A stretch of 64,000 bases of DNA from Terriglobia bacterium (GCA_965206645.1 CBDBKE010000002.1:416001-480000); one strand, 5' to 3'. Numbered from the stretch's first letter, positions 21,015-32,147 are shown. A program made the numbers and translations. Notes: a model not told the origin generated them from the sequence alone.

Positions 21015-22514
21015 GTGCACACAGTGGAACTCTATGCGCGTGTTCGACGAGCAGTTCAGGCTGAGGGGATCAGTGAACGGGAGGCGGCGCGGCAGTTCGG
21101 GCTAGCCCGCGAGACGGTCCGCAAGATGCTGCGGTACTCGATCCCTCCGGGCTATCGGCGGCAGCAGCCGGCGCGGCGGCCGAAGCTGGATGCCTGGGTG
21201 GGGATCATCGACCAGATCCTGGAGCAAGATAAGGCCCAGAGCAAGAAGCAACGCCACACGGCCAAGCGGGTTTTTGAGCGGCTGCGGGAGGAGCACGGAT
21301 TCCCGGGCGGCTACACCATCGTGAAGGACTACGTGCGGCTGCGGAAGCTGAGCCAGCGGGAGATGTTCGTGCCGCTGGAGCATCCACCGGGGGAGGCCCA
21401 GGCCGACTTTGGCGAAGCGCAAGTGGTGATCGGCGGGGTGGAGCGCAAGGCGCACTATTTCGTGATGGAGCTGCCGCAATCGGACGACTGCTTCGTGATG
21501 GCGTTTCCGGCTGAGACGACCGAAGCGTTCTTAGAAGGGCACAACCAGGCGTTCGGCTACTTCGGCGGAGTGCCTCGCACGATCCTGTACGACAACACCA
21601 AGCTGGCGGTGAGGCAGATCCTGGGTGACGGAACACGGAACAAGACGCGGGCGTTCTCCGAACTGCAGAGTCACTACCTGTTTGCGGAGAAGTTCGGACG
21701 ACCGGGCAAGGGCAATGACAAAGGGAAAGTGGAAGGACTAGTGGGTTACGTGCGGCGGAACTTCCTGGTGCCGGTGCCGCGGTGTGCCAGCTGGGAGGAG
21801 TTGCACGCGAAGCTGCGGGAACAGTGCACCCGGCGGCGAGAGCGGCGTCTGCGAGGACATCAAGAGACGATCGGCGAGCGGTTCGCGAAGGATCAACAGA
21901 GGCTGCTGCCCCTGCCGGCGACGCCCTATGAGGCCTGCGACAAACGGACCACACGGGTGACGTCACTGTCGCTGGTGCGGTATCGATCCAACGACTATTC
22001 GGTGCCGGTGGCTTGGGGGCACCGGGAGGTGCTGGTGAAGGGATTCGTCGAGGAAGTGGTGATCTGTGCAGCGAGCGAAGTGATCGCACGCCATGTCCGG
22101 AGCTAGGAACGGGAAGAGATGATCTTCGATCCGTTGCACTATCTGGCGCTGCTGGAGCAGAAGCCGAACGCGTTGAACCAGGCCGCCCCCCTGGCCGGCT
22201 GGGAGTTGCCGGAAGGCTTCGCGCAACTGCGGCGGCTGATGGAGGCGCGGTTAGGCAAGAAGGGCAAGCGGGAGTATGTGCAGGTCCTGCGACGGCTGGA
22301 GACGTTCCGTTGGACGGAAGTGTCGCTGGCCGTCGAGGACGCCTTGCGGCTGGGGGCGATCTGGTCTGACGCGGTCAAGCATCTGCTGCTGGGCCGGATC
22401 GAGCAGCGGCCGGCGCGGCTGGACCTGGAGCACTATCCGCACCTGCCGGCAACGCAGGTGGCCACCACAGCCGCCGCCGACTATCTGACCCTGCTCCGGG
22501 AAGGAGTCTGCTGA
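21015..22514 (+). pseudogene. istA: IS21 transposase IstA, in-frame TAG at 22104-22106
   Basis: EAQADFG, LYDNTK, GNDKGKVE; frame continues RS*EREEMIFDPLHYL. Confidence 0.88.
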
Positions 22515-23278
22515 TGGACACGCCCCAGGTGTTGCTGGAACACCATCTGAAGGCCCTGCAATTACCCACCTTTTTGCGTGAGTACGACAAGGTGGCGCAG
22601 CAGTGCGCTGCCGAGGGCGTGGACTTCCCGCGCTACCTGCTGCGGTTGACGGAGCTGGAGCTGCTGGACCGGGAACGGCGCGCCACCGAGCGGCGCATTC
22701 ACCAAGCCAGGTTCGACGTGGTGAAGAGCCTCGACAGTTTCGATTTCCTGGCCCTTCCGTCGCTGAATAAGGCCTTGGTGCTCGAGCTGGCCCGAGGCGA
22801 GTTCATCGAACGCAAGGAGAACATCCTGGCTTTAGGGAACTCGGGCACGGGAAAAACCCACATTGCGTTGGCGCTGGGACTGGCCGCCTGTCAGAAAGGG
22901 TTCCGGGTCCGGTTCACTACGGCGGCCTCCCTGGCGCATGAGCTGATCGAGGCCAAGGACGAGCGGCGCCTGATGCGGTTCCAGAAGATGCTCTCCAGTT
23001 TCGAGCTGTTGATCATTGACGAGCTGGGTTTCGTGCCGCTATCCAAGACTGGGGCGGAGTTGCTGTTTGAGGTCTTCAGCCGGCGCTACGAACGCAGCGC
23101 CACCGTGGTGACCAGCAACCTGCCGTTCAACGAATGGACGGAGGCCTTCGGATCGGAGCGGCTGACCGGAGCCCTGCTGGATCGTCTCACCCACCATGTC
23201 CACATCCTGGAGATGAACGGGGAAAGTTGCCGGCTCAAGGACAGCAAACGAAGGCGTTCCGGAAAGCCTCGCGCCTGA
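22514..23278 (+). CDS. istB: IS21 helper ATPase IstB
   Basis: Walker A GNSGTGKTH, Walker B LLIIDELG, TSNLPF, ALLDRLTHH. Confidence 0.95.
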   Translation: MDTPQVLLEHHLKALQLPTFLREYDKVAQQCAAEGVDFPRYLLRLTELELLDRERRATERRIHQARFDVVKSLDSFDFLALPSLNKALVLELARGEFIERKENILALGNSGTGKTHIALALGLAACQKGFRVRFTTAASLAHELIEAKDERRLMRFQKMLSSFELLIIDELGFVPLSKTGAELLFEVFSRRYERSATVVTSNLPFNEWTEAFGSERLTGALLDRLTHHVHILEMNGESCRLKDSKRRRSGKPRA

Positions 23279-23468
23279 TCTCACCCAATACTGGGCGACG
23301 AGTTGCGAGGGCGGCTTCCACTCCGGCCTAACCGCGCCGCCCTGCGGGCGTCGCAGGCCTCCGCTCCAACCGCCCCCGCAACTCCCTCTCAAATCAAAGC
23401 TTCCACCACCCCTGAACTGGTCTACTTTCTCTCCGCCGGAGTGGTCTAGTTTTACTCCGCCCTTGACA

Positions 23469-24194
23469 ACCGGGCTGGCCCTCGATAATTTCGCGGATAA
23501 TTGCGCAGCGAAAAGCCCCTCCACATCGACGAACGTTAAACGCCCCTTCCTGCGCTCGCTCTACAAGATCATCAACGACCGCAATATCCCCTTGGCTCTT
23601 CTTTATGATTTCCTCCTGGATGGACTGCCGGAACCCCGCTATTTTCTCGTAGGTCTCCAGGGCATCGTTTCCAGAAAAAGTTGTAGCCAGCTTCGCAAGA
23701 GCAGAAACTTTGGCGGGTCCCTCGGATGTGTTGATTCTTTCTTGCAACTGGGTCGGAAGTGAAAGAAGCTGAATGTACTTTCTCACGGTAGATGTTGACC
23801 AAGCCGTCTCCTCAGCCGCCCGTTCGTATGAACCGTAGCGATCATAGAGGGCCTTGAGCGCTCGCGCTTTGTCGAGTGGATGCATATCGGCTCTGTGTAC
23901 ATTTCCAACTAGGGACAGGGCAAGTGCATCAGCATCGTCAATATCGTCCCTGACCAAACAGGGCAACGGATCAAGCCCGACCCGCTGACATGCAAGCAGC
24001 CTTCGCTGGCCGACCAGAACCTCGTACCGGCCATCGGAACACGGGCGGACAATTGGCGGAGACAAAAGTCCTTTCTGGCGAATGCTTGCAGCAAGTTCCA
24101 TGATGCCCGAGTCTTCCTGCCCTGCATGGATATCTTTGCGTGCGTTTGACTCGGAAACGAACAGGCTCTTTAGGGGAATGTTCAGTTGTTGCAT
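23469..24194 (-). pseudogene. ParB/Srx N-terminal domain protein, C-terminus cut by IS21
   Basis: LAASIRQKGLLSPPIVR, YEVLVGQRRLLA, then an HTH-like segment STSTVRKYIQLL. Confidence 0.8.
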
Positions 24195-24217
24195 TCCAGT
24201 ATCGCAGACCCAAATTC

Positions 24218-24244
24218 GGACTATTGTCCGTAGGACTAAAGTCC
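24218..24244. promoter_or_regulatory. C-box-like tandem operator GGACTATTGTCC-GTA-GGACTAAAGTCC
   Basis: Two GACT..(A/T)GTC palindromes just upstream of the HTH gene, as for restriction-modification controller proteins. Confidence 0.7.
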
Positions 24245-24266
24245 ATACCGTACCACCATTTCCCTG

Positions 24267-24554
24267 TTGGCACAATCAAAGAGCAGACATATCCAGCCAC
24301 GTTCCGGTCCAGAGAAGGCGTTTGGCGAAGCGCTTCGGCAAGCCCGCCATGAACGAAGATTTTCCCAAGAGCAGTTGGGATTTGAGACTGGGTTCGACCG
24401 GACTTATATCAGCTTATTGGAACGCGGCCTGCAAAGCCCAACTATCAGAACTGTGGTGAGGCTTGCGGCCGTGTTGAAGGTAGCACCCTCCGACCTAATC
24501 AGACGTATGGAAATGCTTATGTCACCGCGGTCCCGAGAGCGCACGCGCCCGTGA
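24267..24554 (+). CDS. XRE-family HTH regulator (C-protein-like)
   Basis: FGEALRQAR...SQEQLGFETGFDRTYISLLERGLQSPTIRTVVRLA. Confidence 0.88.
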   Translation: MAQSKSRHIQPRSGPEKAFGEALRQARHERRFSQEQLGFETGFDRTYISLLERGLQSPTIRTVVRLAAVLKVAPSDLIRRMEMLMSPRSRERTRP

Positions 24555-24816
24555 CGGGTGGCGCTCCTCGGGGTGGCGGGGGTGTAGCACTTTGCCCCTT
24601 CGTATAGCCTACCCCGTCAATGCGGCAACCTAGCCGGTCGCGCCCGGTGGTCTCCGCCCGCCGCACTGGTGGGGTAGCTCGCCCACTTTTCGGTGCTGAA
24701 AGCCTGCAAGGTGTTTGTGGGATCGGCTTTTATTAACTCAATTGAGTAGAACCCGCGAGCTGGGAGCTGCCTGCGTTCGTTCCCGCGTTTATCGTCGGCG
24801 CTATACTAGGGGGTGT

Positions 24817-25131
24817 TTAAGCAGGGGCTCTGGGCTCGCCAAGGGCCGCCATGTGTTGCTCCCACACCCGGCGCCGTTGCTCCCGGCGCTGAAGGACGAA
24901 ATCCTTCGCTTTCTCAAAGCCCAGAAAGTCATGGCGCTCTTTTAGCCGGTTGCAGGTTCGACAGGCTGCTACCAAATTGCTAGTCTCCTTTGTTCTTCCC
25001 TCGGCGCGGGGAACCACAAAGTCCACCGTCATCATCAAGGCATTATCGAAACCGGCGGTTCCGTCTAAACCGCAATAGTGACAGCGAAAACGGTCCCGCA
25101 TCAGGATTGCGAGGCCCTCTTCCTCCGTCAA
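24817..25131 (-). CDS. HNH endonuclease-fold protein (catalytic His replaced by Phe)
   Basis: RDRFRCHYCG, TVDFVVPRAEG, NLVAACRTCNRLK. Confidence 0.8.
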   Translation of the reverse strand: MTEEEGLAILMRDRFRCHYCGLDGTAGFDNALMMTVDFVVPRAEGRTKETSNLVAACRTCNRLKERHDFLGFEKAKDFVLQRREQRRRVWEQHMAALGEPRAPA

Positions 25132-25216
25132 CGGTGATTCCAGCGAACCAGGACCGGATCTGCTAAGCTATTGAAAGCATTGTCGCGGAGAGGTGTCCGA
25201 GTGGCTGAAGGAGCGC

Positions 25217-25560
25217 GCTTGGATGTATAACGCCCTTATCGGAAACTGACCCACTACCCTGGCGGGCGTAGAGAGTCACTTGTCCGGTTTGCCGACTATA
25301 CGTCCAAGTGACCGCCATCGTCAGGGGAGGAGCCCAAGGCGCTGCGATAGTTTCCGCGTCGGCGAGCACTCGGGAGTTGGCAGCTGGACCGGAAAGAACC
25401 GGGGGGTTAGGGGCAATCTACCCGGCGTTGTTGGTGACAAGGCGGTGTATCTCGTGCCGCTTGGACTCTACTATTGCGGAAGGCGGAAGACCACCGGTGC
25501 GCCTAGCCGCGTCGCCGCGCTGACTTGCCTGGGGGCGGGCGGTAAGATGGCCGCACAGAG
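25217..25560 (+). repeat. Modular repeat copy 2 (F - S1 - R - S2 - degenerate R - tail with promoter)
   Basis: F at 25217-25247, R at 25278-25309, AGTTTCCG at 25349; CTGACT-N17-TAAGAT at 25520-25548. Confidence 0.85.
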
Positions 25561-25623
25561 GGGGCTTTTTCGTGGTTGACGTAGGCTTTCGGGTGAAGGG
25601 GAAGCTCAAAATCGAAATTCCGG
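25561..25623 (+). mobile_element. Orphan IS1380 right end
   Basis: GGTTGAC...GCTTTCGGGTGAAGGGGAAGCTCAAAATCGAAATTCCGG closely matches 18063-18129. Confidence 0.8.
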
Positions 25624-25758
25624 TCCCATGCGCTTGAGCCCTCAGCGCCGCTGGCGTACAATCATGAGCCGTGCGAACTTTGCAATCGACAAGCCCTGCT
25701 GAAATAGCAACTGAGTTGCCTCCTACTCGTCGGGCGGGACACACTTCACCGAGCAACT

Positions 25759-27645
25759 ATGCTTGATCTAATCATCATACTCGCGTTTATCATATACAGT
25801 ATAAGTAATGGGTTTCATAACAGATCTAAGGCTTCTCGCAATCTAGAAGAATATTTTCTAGCGGGTCGGTCAATTAAGGGATGGCGTGCTGGCTTTAGCC
25901 TGGCAGCCACCCAGTTTGCTGCCGATACACCGCTGTTAGTCACAGGACTCATCGCAACCGGCGGAATTTTCATGCTGTGGCGACTGTGGATCTACGGCCT
26001 GGGCTTCTTCATGATCGGCTTTCTCCTGGGACGGGCATGGCGTCGAGCCCGCGTGCTCACCGATGCGGAGCTCACCGAGCTTCGGTATAGTGGTTGCGGC
26101 GTCCTAATGTTACGCGGCCTGAAAGCCATTTATTACGGCACGGTCATGAATTGTACGATAATGGCGATGGTATTGGTTGCCGCCACGCGTATCTGCGAGG
26201 TTTTTCTCCCCTGGCATAAGTGGTTACCTGGTGCTTTCTACCAGTGGATGTACAACCTAGTTGAATGGGTAGGAATTCGTTTGTCGTCCGGCGCTACAGG
26301 GCTCGAACCGTTTGTGGCGACAACCAACAACTTATTCAGTATTCTTCTGATTATCGGATTTACGGCCCTCTATTCCACTACAGGTGGATTACGATCCGTC
26401 ATTGCCACCGACACCGTTCAGTTCAGCATCGCGATGATTGGCACGCTGATCTATGCAATCGTTGTGGTTATAAACTCTGGAGGTATCGGTCAGATCGTTC
26501 AGGGCCTTGTCCGGCATTATGGTGCAACCCAAGCGAGCCAATTCCTTTCGTTCAGCCCGACCACATGGGAAGCATTCATGCCGTTCCTAGTGGTTGTCAG
26601 CCTGCAGTGGTTTTTCGAGCGCAACAGCGATGGTACTGGTTACTTTGCCCAACGAATGATGTCCTGCAGAAGTGATCGGGATGCTCGAATGGCCGCTTTT
26701 ATCTTCACGTGGTTGCAAATTTTGCTGCGAAGTCTCTTCTGGTTGGTGATCGGCGTGGGTTTGTTGGTGATCTATCCATTCGATCCGGCTTCTGTCGGCG
26801 GAGAAACCTTTGTGGCCAGCAGAGAGCTGCTGTTTGCGACAGGAATAAGAGATCTCCTGCCTGCAGGCATCAAGGGCATTATGTTGACCGGGTTGTTGGC
26901 TGCGCTAGCCTCGACCATCGATACTCACTTGACATGGGGAGCCAGTTACTGGAGCAATGACTTATACCTGCGGATTGTGAATCGAGCATGGCTTAAACGA
27001 GAACCCTCCACCCGCGAACAGGTGCTTGTCGCTCGACTGTCGAATGTCGTGATCCTCGTCATTGCCTTGGTCATTATGACAAACCTGGAATCCATCCAGA
27101 CGGCCTGGTATATAACCCTCTTATTTGGAGCGGGAACGGGCGCTGTATTGATACTAAGATGGCTTTGGGAACGAATTAATCTCTACTCTGAGATCTCGGC
27201 CATTGGCGCGTCGCTGGTCTTGGCGCCGATCATCCTTTTTACGGTAGAAGCTGAATGGTTACGGTTATTGCTCATGTCATCGATGTCGACAGCGGTCGTT
27301 ATCACAGTAACTCTGCTTACGCGACCAACGGCGGAAGGCGTTCTGGTGGAATTTTATAAACGTGTGGATCCGCCCGGTTTCTGGAAGCAAACTGCCGAAA
27401 CAGTAGGTGTAGATGCACGGCGTCCGATTGAGGCATTGAAAAAGGGAGCCTATCTAACCGTCGTCACGAGTTTATCGCTCTATTTGCTGCTGGTTGGCTT
27501 CGGTAAGCTCATCTTGCCTAATCCAGCCAGTTCAGTGGTCTATTCATGGTTTTACATCGTGTTGGGAGTTGCGAGTGTAACGTTGTGGTGGCGAAGACTG
27601 TTTCCACCGAAAACTTCTGCGGATTCTGGTGGCGAACAAAGTTAA
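25759..27645 (+). CDS. Sodium:solute symporter family protein (PutP-like)
   Basis: EYFLAGRS, ATQFAADTPL, GGLRSVIATD, YFAQRMMS, LAALASTID; many TM helices; visibly lower GC than the core genes. Confidence 0.92.
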   Translation: MLDLIIILAFIIYSISNGFHNRSKASRNLEEYFLAGRSIKGWRAGFSLAATQFAADTPLLVTGLIATGGIFMLWRLWIYGLGFFMIGFLLGRAWRRARVLTDAELTELRYSGCGVLMLRGLKAIYYGTVMNCTIMAMVLVAATRICEVFLPWHKWLPGAFYQWMYNLVEWVGIRLSSGATGLEPFVATTNNLFSILLIIGFTALYSTTGGLRSVIATDTVQFSIAMIGTLIYAIVVVINSGGIGQIVQGLVRHYGATQASQFLSFSPTTWEAFMPFLVVVSLQWFFERNSDGTGYFAQRMMSCRSDRDARMAAFIFTWLQILLRSLFWLVIGVGLLVIYPFDPASVGGETFVASRELLFATGIRDLLPAGIKGIMLTGLLAALASTIDTHLTWGASYWSNDLYLRIVNRAWLKREPSTREQVLVARLSNVVILVIALVIMTNLESIQTAWYITLLFGAGTGAVLILRWLWERINLYSEISAIGASLVLAPIILFTVEAEWLRLLLMSSMSTAVVITVTLLTRPTAEGVLVEFYKRVDPPGFWKQTAETVGVDARRPIEALKKGAYLTVVTSLSLYLLLVGFGKLILPNPASSVVYSWFYIVLGVASVTLWWRRLFPPKTSADSGGEQS

Positions 27646-27647
27646 AG

Positions 27648-27770
27648 TGTTCTTAGATGGAGATCTCCGGACACCGGGGTAGTCCGGTGGCAGGAGATTT
27701 TAGTTTAGGCCGCGATCTCCTGCGGCATATGATTGACTTCCTCCCAGAAGGCCTGACAGGGAGTGCGTCG
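27648..27770 (-). mobile_element. IS481-like right-end remnant
   Basis: Reverse strand RTPCQAFWEEVNHMPQEIAA* followed by a terminus ending ...ATCTAAGAACA (TGT end on the + strand). Confidence 0.55.
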
Positions 27771-27864
27771 CCTATTAGGCCATCTCATGAGTGCAGGCCG
27801 GGTGCTGTCGGTTCGGGCGGGTCCTGACACCTGCAGCTCTCGGAGCTGCTTCCTGAAAGCATAA

Positions 27865-28210
27865 GTAAACCCTAGCCGACAAGGCGGGACCTATCTACTC
27901 TCAGCTATTAAGTGACGCTGCCTCCAGGTAGGCACTTGTCCGGTAAGCCGACTATACGTCCAAGTGACCGCCGACGTCAGCGGAGGAGCCGCAAGGCGCT
28001 GGGGTACTTTCCGAGAAGCCGACTATTCGCCCAGCTGAACCCGGGATTGGTAAACACTAGCCCGTTTGTGGGGACCTATCCGGCATTGCTCGTGGCAAGG
28101 CAGTGTATCTCGTGCCGCTTGGACTTCCGCCAGTACAGCAGCGGGGACCACGCAACTGGCCGAGTTGCCGGGTTGACTTGCCTGCGGGTGGGGCCTAGGA
28201 TGGTTGTCCA
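27865..28210 (+). repeat. Modular repeat copy 3 (M/X - R - S2 - R - M - tail with promoter)
   Basis: R at 27934-27965 and 28006-28036; motif TAAACnCTAGCC..GGGACCTATC twice; TTGACT-N17-TAGGAT at 28173-28201. Confidence 0.85.
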
Positions 28211-28310
28211 AGAGTAGGTTCCTTTGTCATGATTGACAACACGACATCACTAGTAACTGGAACTGGATGGAAATCGGATTGACCCTCATCTGTGCAAAGG
28301 AGGTTGGGCA

Positions 28311-30017
28311 ATGATCTCTCGGCGCGCATCGTTTTCGCCTGATCTGCGTCTTGCATTTGCCCTCTGCTCGACACTGGTCGTCTGCGGGCTTGGAGTGGCG
28401 GATGCGGGCGGCCAGAAGGATCCGGCGCTCGATGCGAAATCGACGGTTGTGGAAGGCCAGATTGCACCGCGGTTGCAGAATCTGGGGGACCACAAGCATA
28501 GCGTCACGACAAATTCGCCTCGGACACAGCTCTTCTTCAACCAGGGGCTCAACCTCGCCTTCGGCTTCAACCACCGGGAGGCCGGTCGTTCGTTCCGCGA
28601 GGCTGCGCGGCTCGACCCGGACTGCGCCATGGCCTATTGGGGACAAGCGCTTGTCCTGGGTCCGAACATCAACCTACCGATGCCGCCCAAGGCGGAACCG
28701 GAAGCCTACAAGCTGATCCACAAAGCCGTTATGCTCAAAGCGAAGGTCTCGGAGAAGGAGCGAGCTTACATTGACGCGTTGGCAAAGCGGTACTCGAATG
28801 AAGAAAAGCCCGATCGGAAAGCGCTCGACCGCGCTTATGCCGAAGCTATGCGTGATCTTTCCGAGCGCTATCCCGATGATCTGGACGTTGCCACGCTCTA
28901 CGCCGAAGCGGTCATGGATCTGAGGCCATGGAACTATTGGACCCGGGACATGCAACCCTATCCCGAGACGGTTGAGATCCTTCGAGTTCTCGAGTCCGTC
29001 CTGCAGCATAACGCGAACCACCCGGGCGCCATTCACTACTACATCCACACTGTCGAGTTCGCCCGCCCTGAATTGGCCGAAGCCGGAGCTGACCGTTTGG
29101 GCCAGCTCACGCCGGGGGCCGGCCACCTAGTGCATATGCCGTCCCACATCTACAGGAGGGTAGGTCGCTATACCGACGCATCCAAGAGCAACGAACTGGC
29201 CATCCTCGCCGATGAAGATTACATCACCCAGTGCCGCGCCCAAGGGATCTACCCGCTGGCCTACTACCCGCACAACATCCACTTCCTGTGGGACTCGGCC
29301 ACGATGGAGGGGCGAAGTCGGGTAGCGGTTGCAGCCGCACGCAAGGTGGCCTCAAGTATTCCCACCGACGCTTGGCGTGAGATCCCCCTGCTGCACCAGT
29401 TCCTTGTGACTCCCTTGCACGCCCTCACTCGCTTCGGGAAGTGAGAGGAGGTTTTGCAGGAACCGCGGCCGCCTGCCGCCAGTCCGTTCTGGACCGGCAT
29501 CTGGCACTACTCTCGCGGCTTGGCTTTCATCGCCACCAACCGGCTGGAGGAGGCTTCCCAGGAACTACAGGCTCTCCAGGCGATTGCCAATGACAAGTCC
29601 CTAAAGGGCCTGCGGGTGACCTTCTCCGCCAACGGGGCAACCCCCATCCTGGTCATCGCGACTGAGGCTCTGGCGGGAGAGTTAGCCGCCAAGCAGGGTG
29701 ACTTTGAGAAAGCGATTACTCATCTCCACCGGGGTGTCTTGCTCGAAGACAGCCTCATCTACACCGAGCCCCCGGATTGGCACATTCCCGTTCGCCAATC
29801 GTTGGGCGCCGTGCTGCTCGAGGCCGGGCGACCGTTGGAAGCAGAAACGATCTACTGGCAAGACTTGAAGTGGAACCGAGAGAATGGCTGGGCTCTTTAC
29901 GGCCTAATGAAGAGCCTCGAAGCACAAGGAAAGACGGAGCAAGCTGGGGAAATTGAGAAGAGGTTCCGAAAAGCGTGGGCAATGGCGGACGTAAGACTCA
30001 CTGCATCGCGTTTCTGA
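28311..30017 (+). pseudogene. Secreted TPR-like protein, in-frame TGA at 29442-29444
   Basis: FFNQGLNLAFGFNHREA, HPGAIHYYIH, GHLVHMPSHIY, RFGK*EEVL (W expected), NGWALYGL; frame continues to 30017. Confidence 0.85.
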
Positions 30018-30163
30018 GAATTTTCTGCAAGCCTGGAACCGAGCGAGGAGACCCTCGCTTCCAGGACCTGCTACGCCGCATGAACCTCCCGGACTAAGCG
30101 GACCGGCCAAACTTGCCCTTCAGGTGGCACGGTGGTAGCGTCTTCCTAGGAAAGGACGTGGTC

Positions 30164-30531
30164 ATGAGGAGACTTTATTCTGTCGCCTTTTGGGTAGCCC
30201 TTGGGCTGCTGCCGTTCGCAGCTCGGGCTCAGGGGACGCCCAAAATTGTCGTCGTGGGTCTGTCGGCTGCTCAGGTTTCAGAACTGAAGGCTGCTGCCCG
30301 CGCCAGCTTCGTCAGCGTTTTGAGTCCTGCTGAAGCCTTGCAGCAAATCGGCAATGCCGATGGACTGATGGGCATTTGCAATCGGGATCTAGTCCGGGCT
30401 GGAAAGAAGCTCAGATGGATCCAGGTTTACAGTGCAGGAGTTGAGCGATATCGATTTCCCGAACTTCTCAACAGCAACATCACGCTTACCAACGCTAAGA
30501 TCATCCAGGGTCCGGAGATTGCCGACCATGC
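30164..30531 (+). pseudogene. D-2-hydroxyacid dehydrogenase N-terminus with signal-like leader, truncated by IS3
   Basis: KLRWIQVYSAGVE, ITLTNAKIIQGPEIADHA then the IS end. Confidence 0.8.
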
Positions 30532-32147
30532 TGACCAGACCGGTTTTTTGTACCAACCGTAGTGAGAGTTCACATCGCAGCCTGGGGCTGTGAAACTGGT
30601 TTCAGTGGCAGGGGAGGGCTATAGGCCCCCGGCGCCGGGGGCATCCCAGCGACCGCGCCAACTCCACCACCTGTGTGAACAGATCGTTCAGGGCACGGGC
30701 GTGTCCGAAACTGGTTCAGCGTCCAAAAGTCCGGCCCCGCTCCGGCCGCCAGATAACGGAACGCCAGGTCCTCCGCACCCGCTGTTCCAGACGGCGGGCC
30801 GAGGTCACGCCCAGCGCGTAGGCTACAGCCACACCTTCAGCAAAAGCGGCCGGATGATAGGCCGGGCGGCCTTCTTCCACGTAGCCCTGCTCAAACGCAC
30901 TCAGTTCCAGCCGCTCCACGACTTGGTGCACCAGATGTGATAGCCGAGCGCCGAGTGCGGCCGCACCGTGTTGGCGCGGTCCGGCATGGGGCGGCCACGT
31001 GGCATGGACTCGAGCCGAGCGCCGAGTGCGGCCGCACCGTGTTGTATTGCACCCTCCACTGTTCAATCACCACCTGTGCCTCCTTCAACGAGTAGAAGAT
31101 CTCTCCATTCAGGCATTCGTCCCGCAGCTTCCCATTGAAACTCTCGCAGTACCCGTTCTCCCAGGGACTGCCCGGTTCGATGTACAGTGTCCCGGTCCCT
31201 AGATTTGCCAACCACTGGCGCAGTTGTTTGGCGATGAACTCGGGACCATTGTCGGATCGAATCTGTTCCGGTATCCCTCGCCACAACATCACGTCCGACA
31301 ACGCCTCAATGATTTGTTGGCTGCCCATCCTCCGCTCCACCCGGATCGCCAGGCATTCCCGCGTGTACTCATCCAGCAAGGTCAGCAGCCGCAGCGTTCT
31401 CCCCTCGTGCGTTCTGGCACTCATGAAGTCGTAGCTCCACACGTGGTTCGGTCGCTCCGGCCTCAGTCGTACACAGGAACCGTCGTTCAGCCACAGCCGT
31501 CCTCGCGGCCTTTGTTTTTGCGGCACTTTTAGCCCTTCCCGCCGCCAAATCCGCTGCACCCGGTCCTTGCCCACTTCCCAGCCCGCACTCCGCAGCAACG
31601 CTGTGATCCTCCGGTAGCCATATCGCCCGTACTTCGCTCCCAGGGCAATGATCACTCGGGTCAGAGCATCCTCGTCCACCCGATGAATCGGCTCGTATCG
31701 TTGTGTCCCTCGCCATTGCCCCAGCAGCCGGCAGGCAGGCCGTTCCGACAACCCGTGTTGCTCCCACGCACGCTCCACCGCACAACGCCGCCGCTCAGGG
31801 CTCAGAAGTTTCCCTGTGCCACATCCCGCAGTACCTGCTTCTCCAGAGAAAGCTCCGCTACCAACCGCTTCAGCCGCGTGTTTTCCTTCTCCAACTCCTT
31901 TAGCCGTTTTGCCTGCACCACCTTCAGCCCGCCGTATTCCTTCCGCCACCGGTAGTAGGTTTGGGTGTGGATTCCAGCTTCTTTGCAGGCTTGGGGCGCA
32001 GTCTTCCCGTTCCCCATCTGCACTTCTATCTGCCGTAGCACCGCTACAATCTGCTCCGGCTTGTAACTCCTTGTCGGCATGACCTCACTTCCTCCTCAAG
32101 TGGATTCTCTCTCTTTCCACTTGGTACAAAAAGTGCCGGTCAGGTCA
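30532..32147 (-). mobile_element. IS3 copy 2 (near-identical to 11022-12271), orfB 3' end disrupted by IS1182 fragments; no TSD
   Basis: Same IRs and orfA (31802-32080); insert at 30642-31012; flanks ATGC / CTTC. Confidence 0.92.

Larger units (their letters stand above)
20879..23468 (+). mobile_element. IS21 family element (istA with nonsense mutation, istB)
   Basis: Ends TGTTATGAACGCCGGAGCAATAATAGACCA and TGGTCTAGTTTTACTCCGCCCTTGACA with internal repeats; no TSD. Confidence 0.92.

Noticed and set aside
25217-28210. Modular repeats as a CRISPR array
   Set aside because: Repeat and spacer lengths are CRISPR-like, but repeats occur in both orientations, at most 2-3 per locus, spacers are reused between loci, and there are no cas genes.
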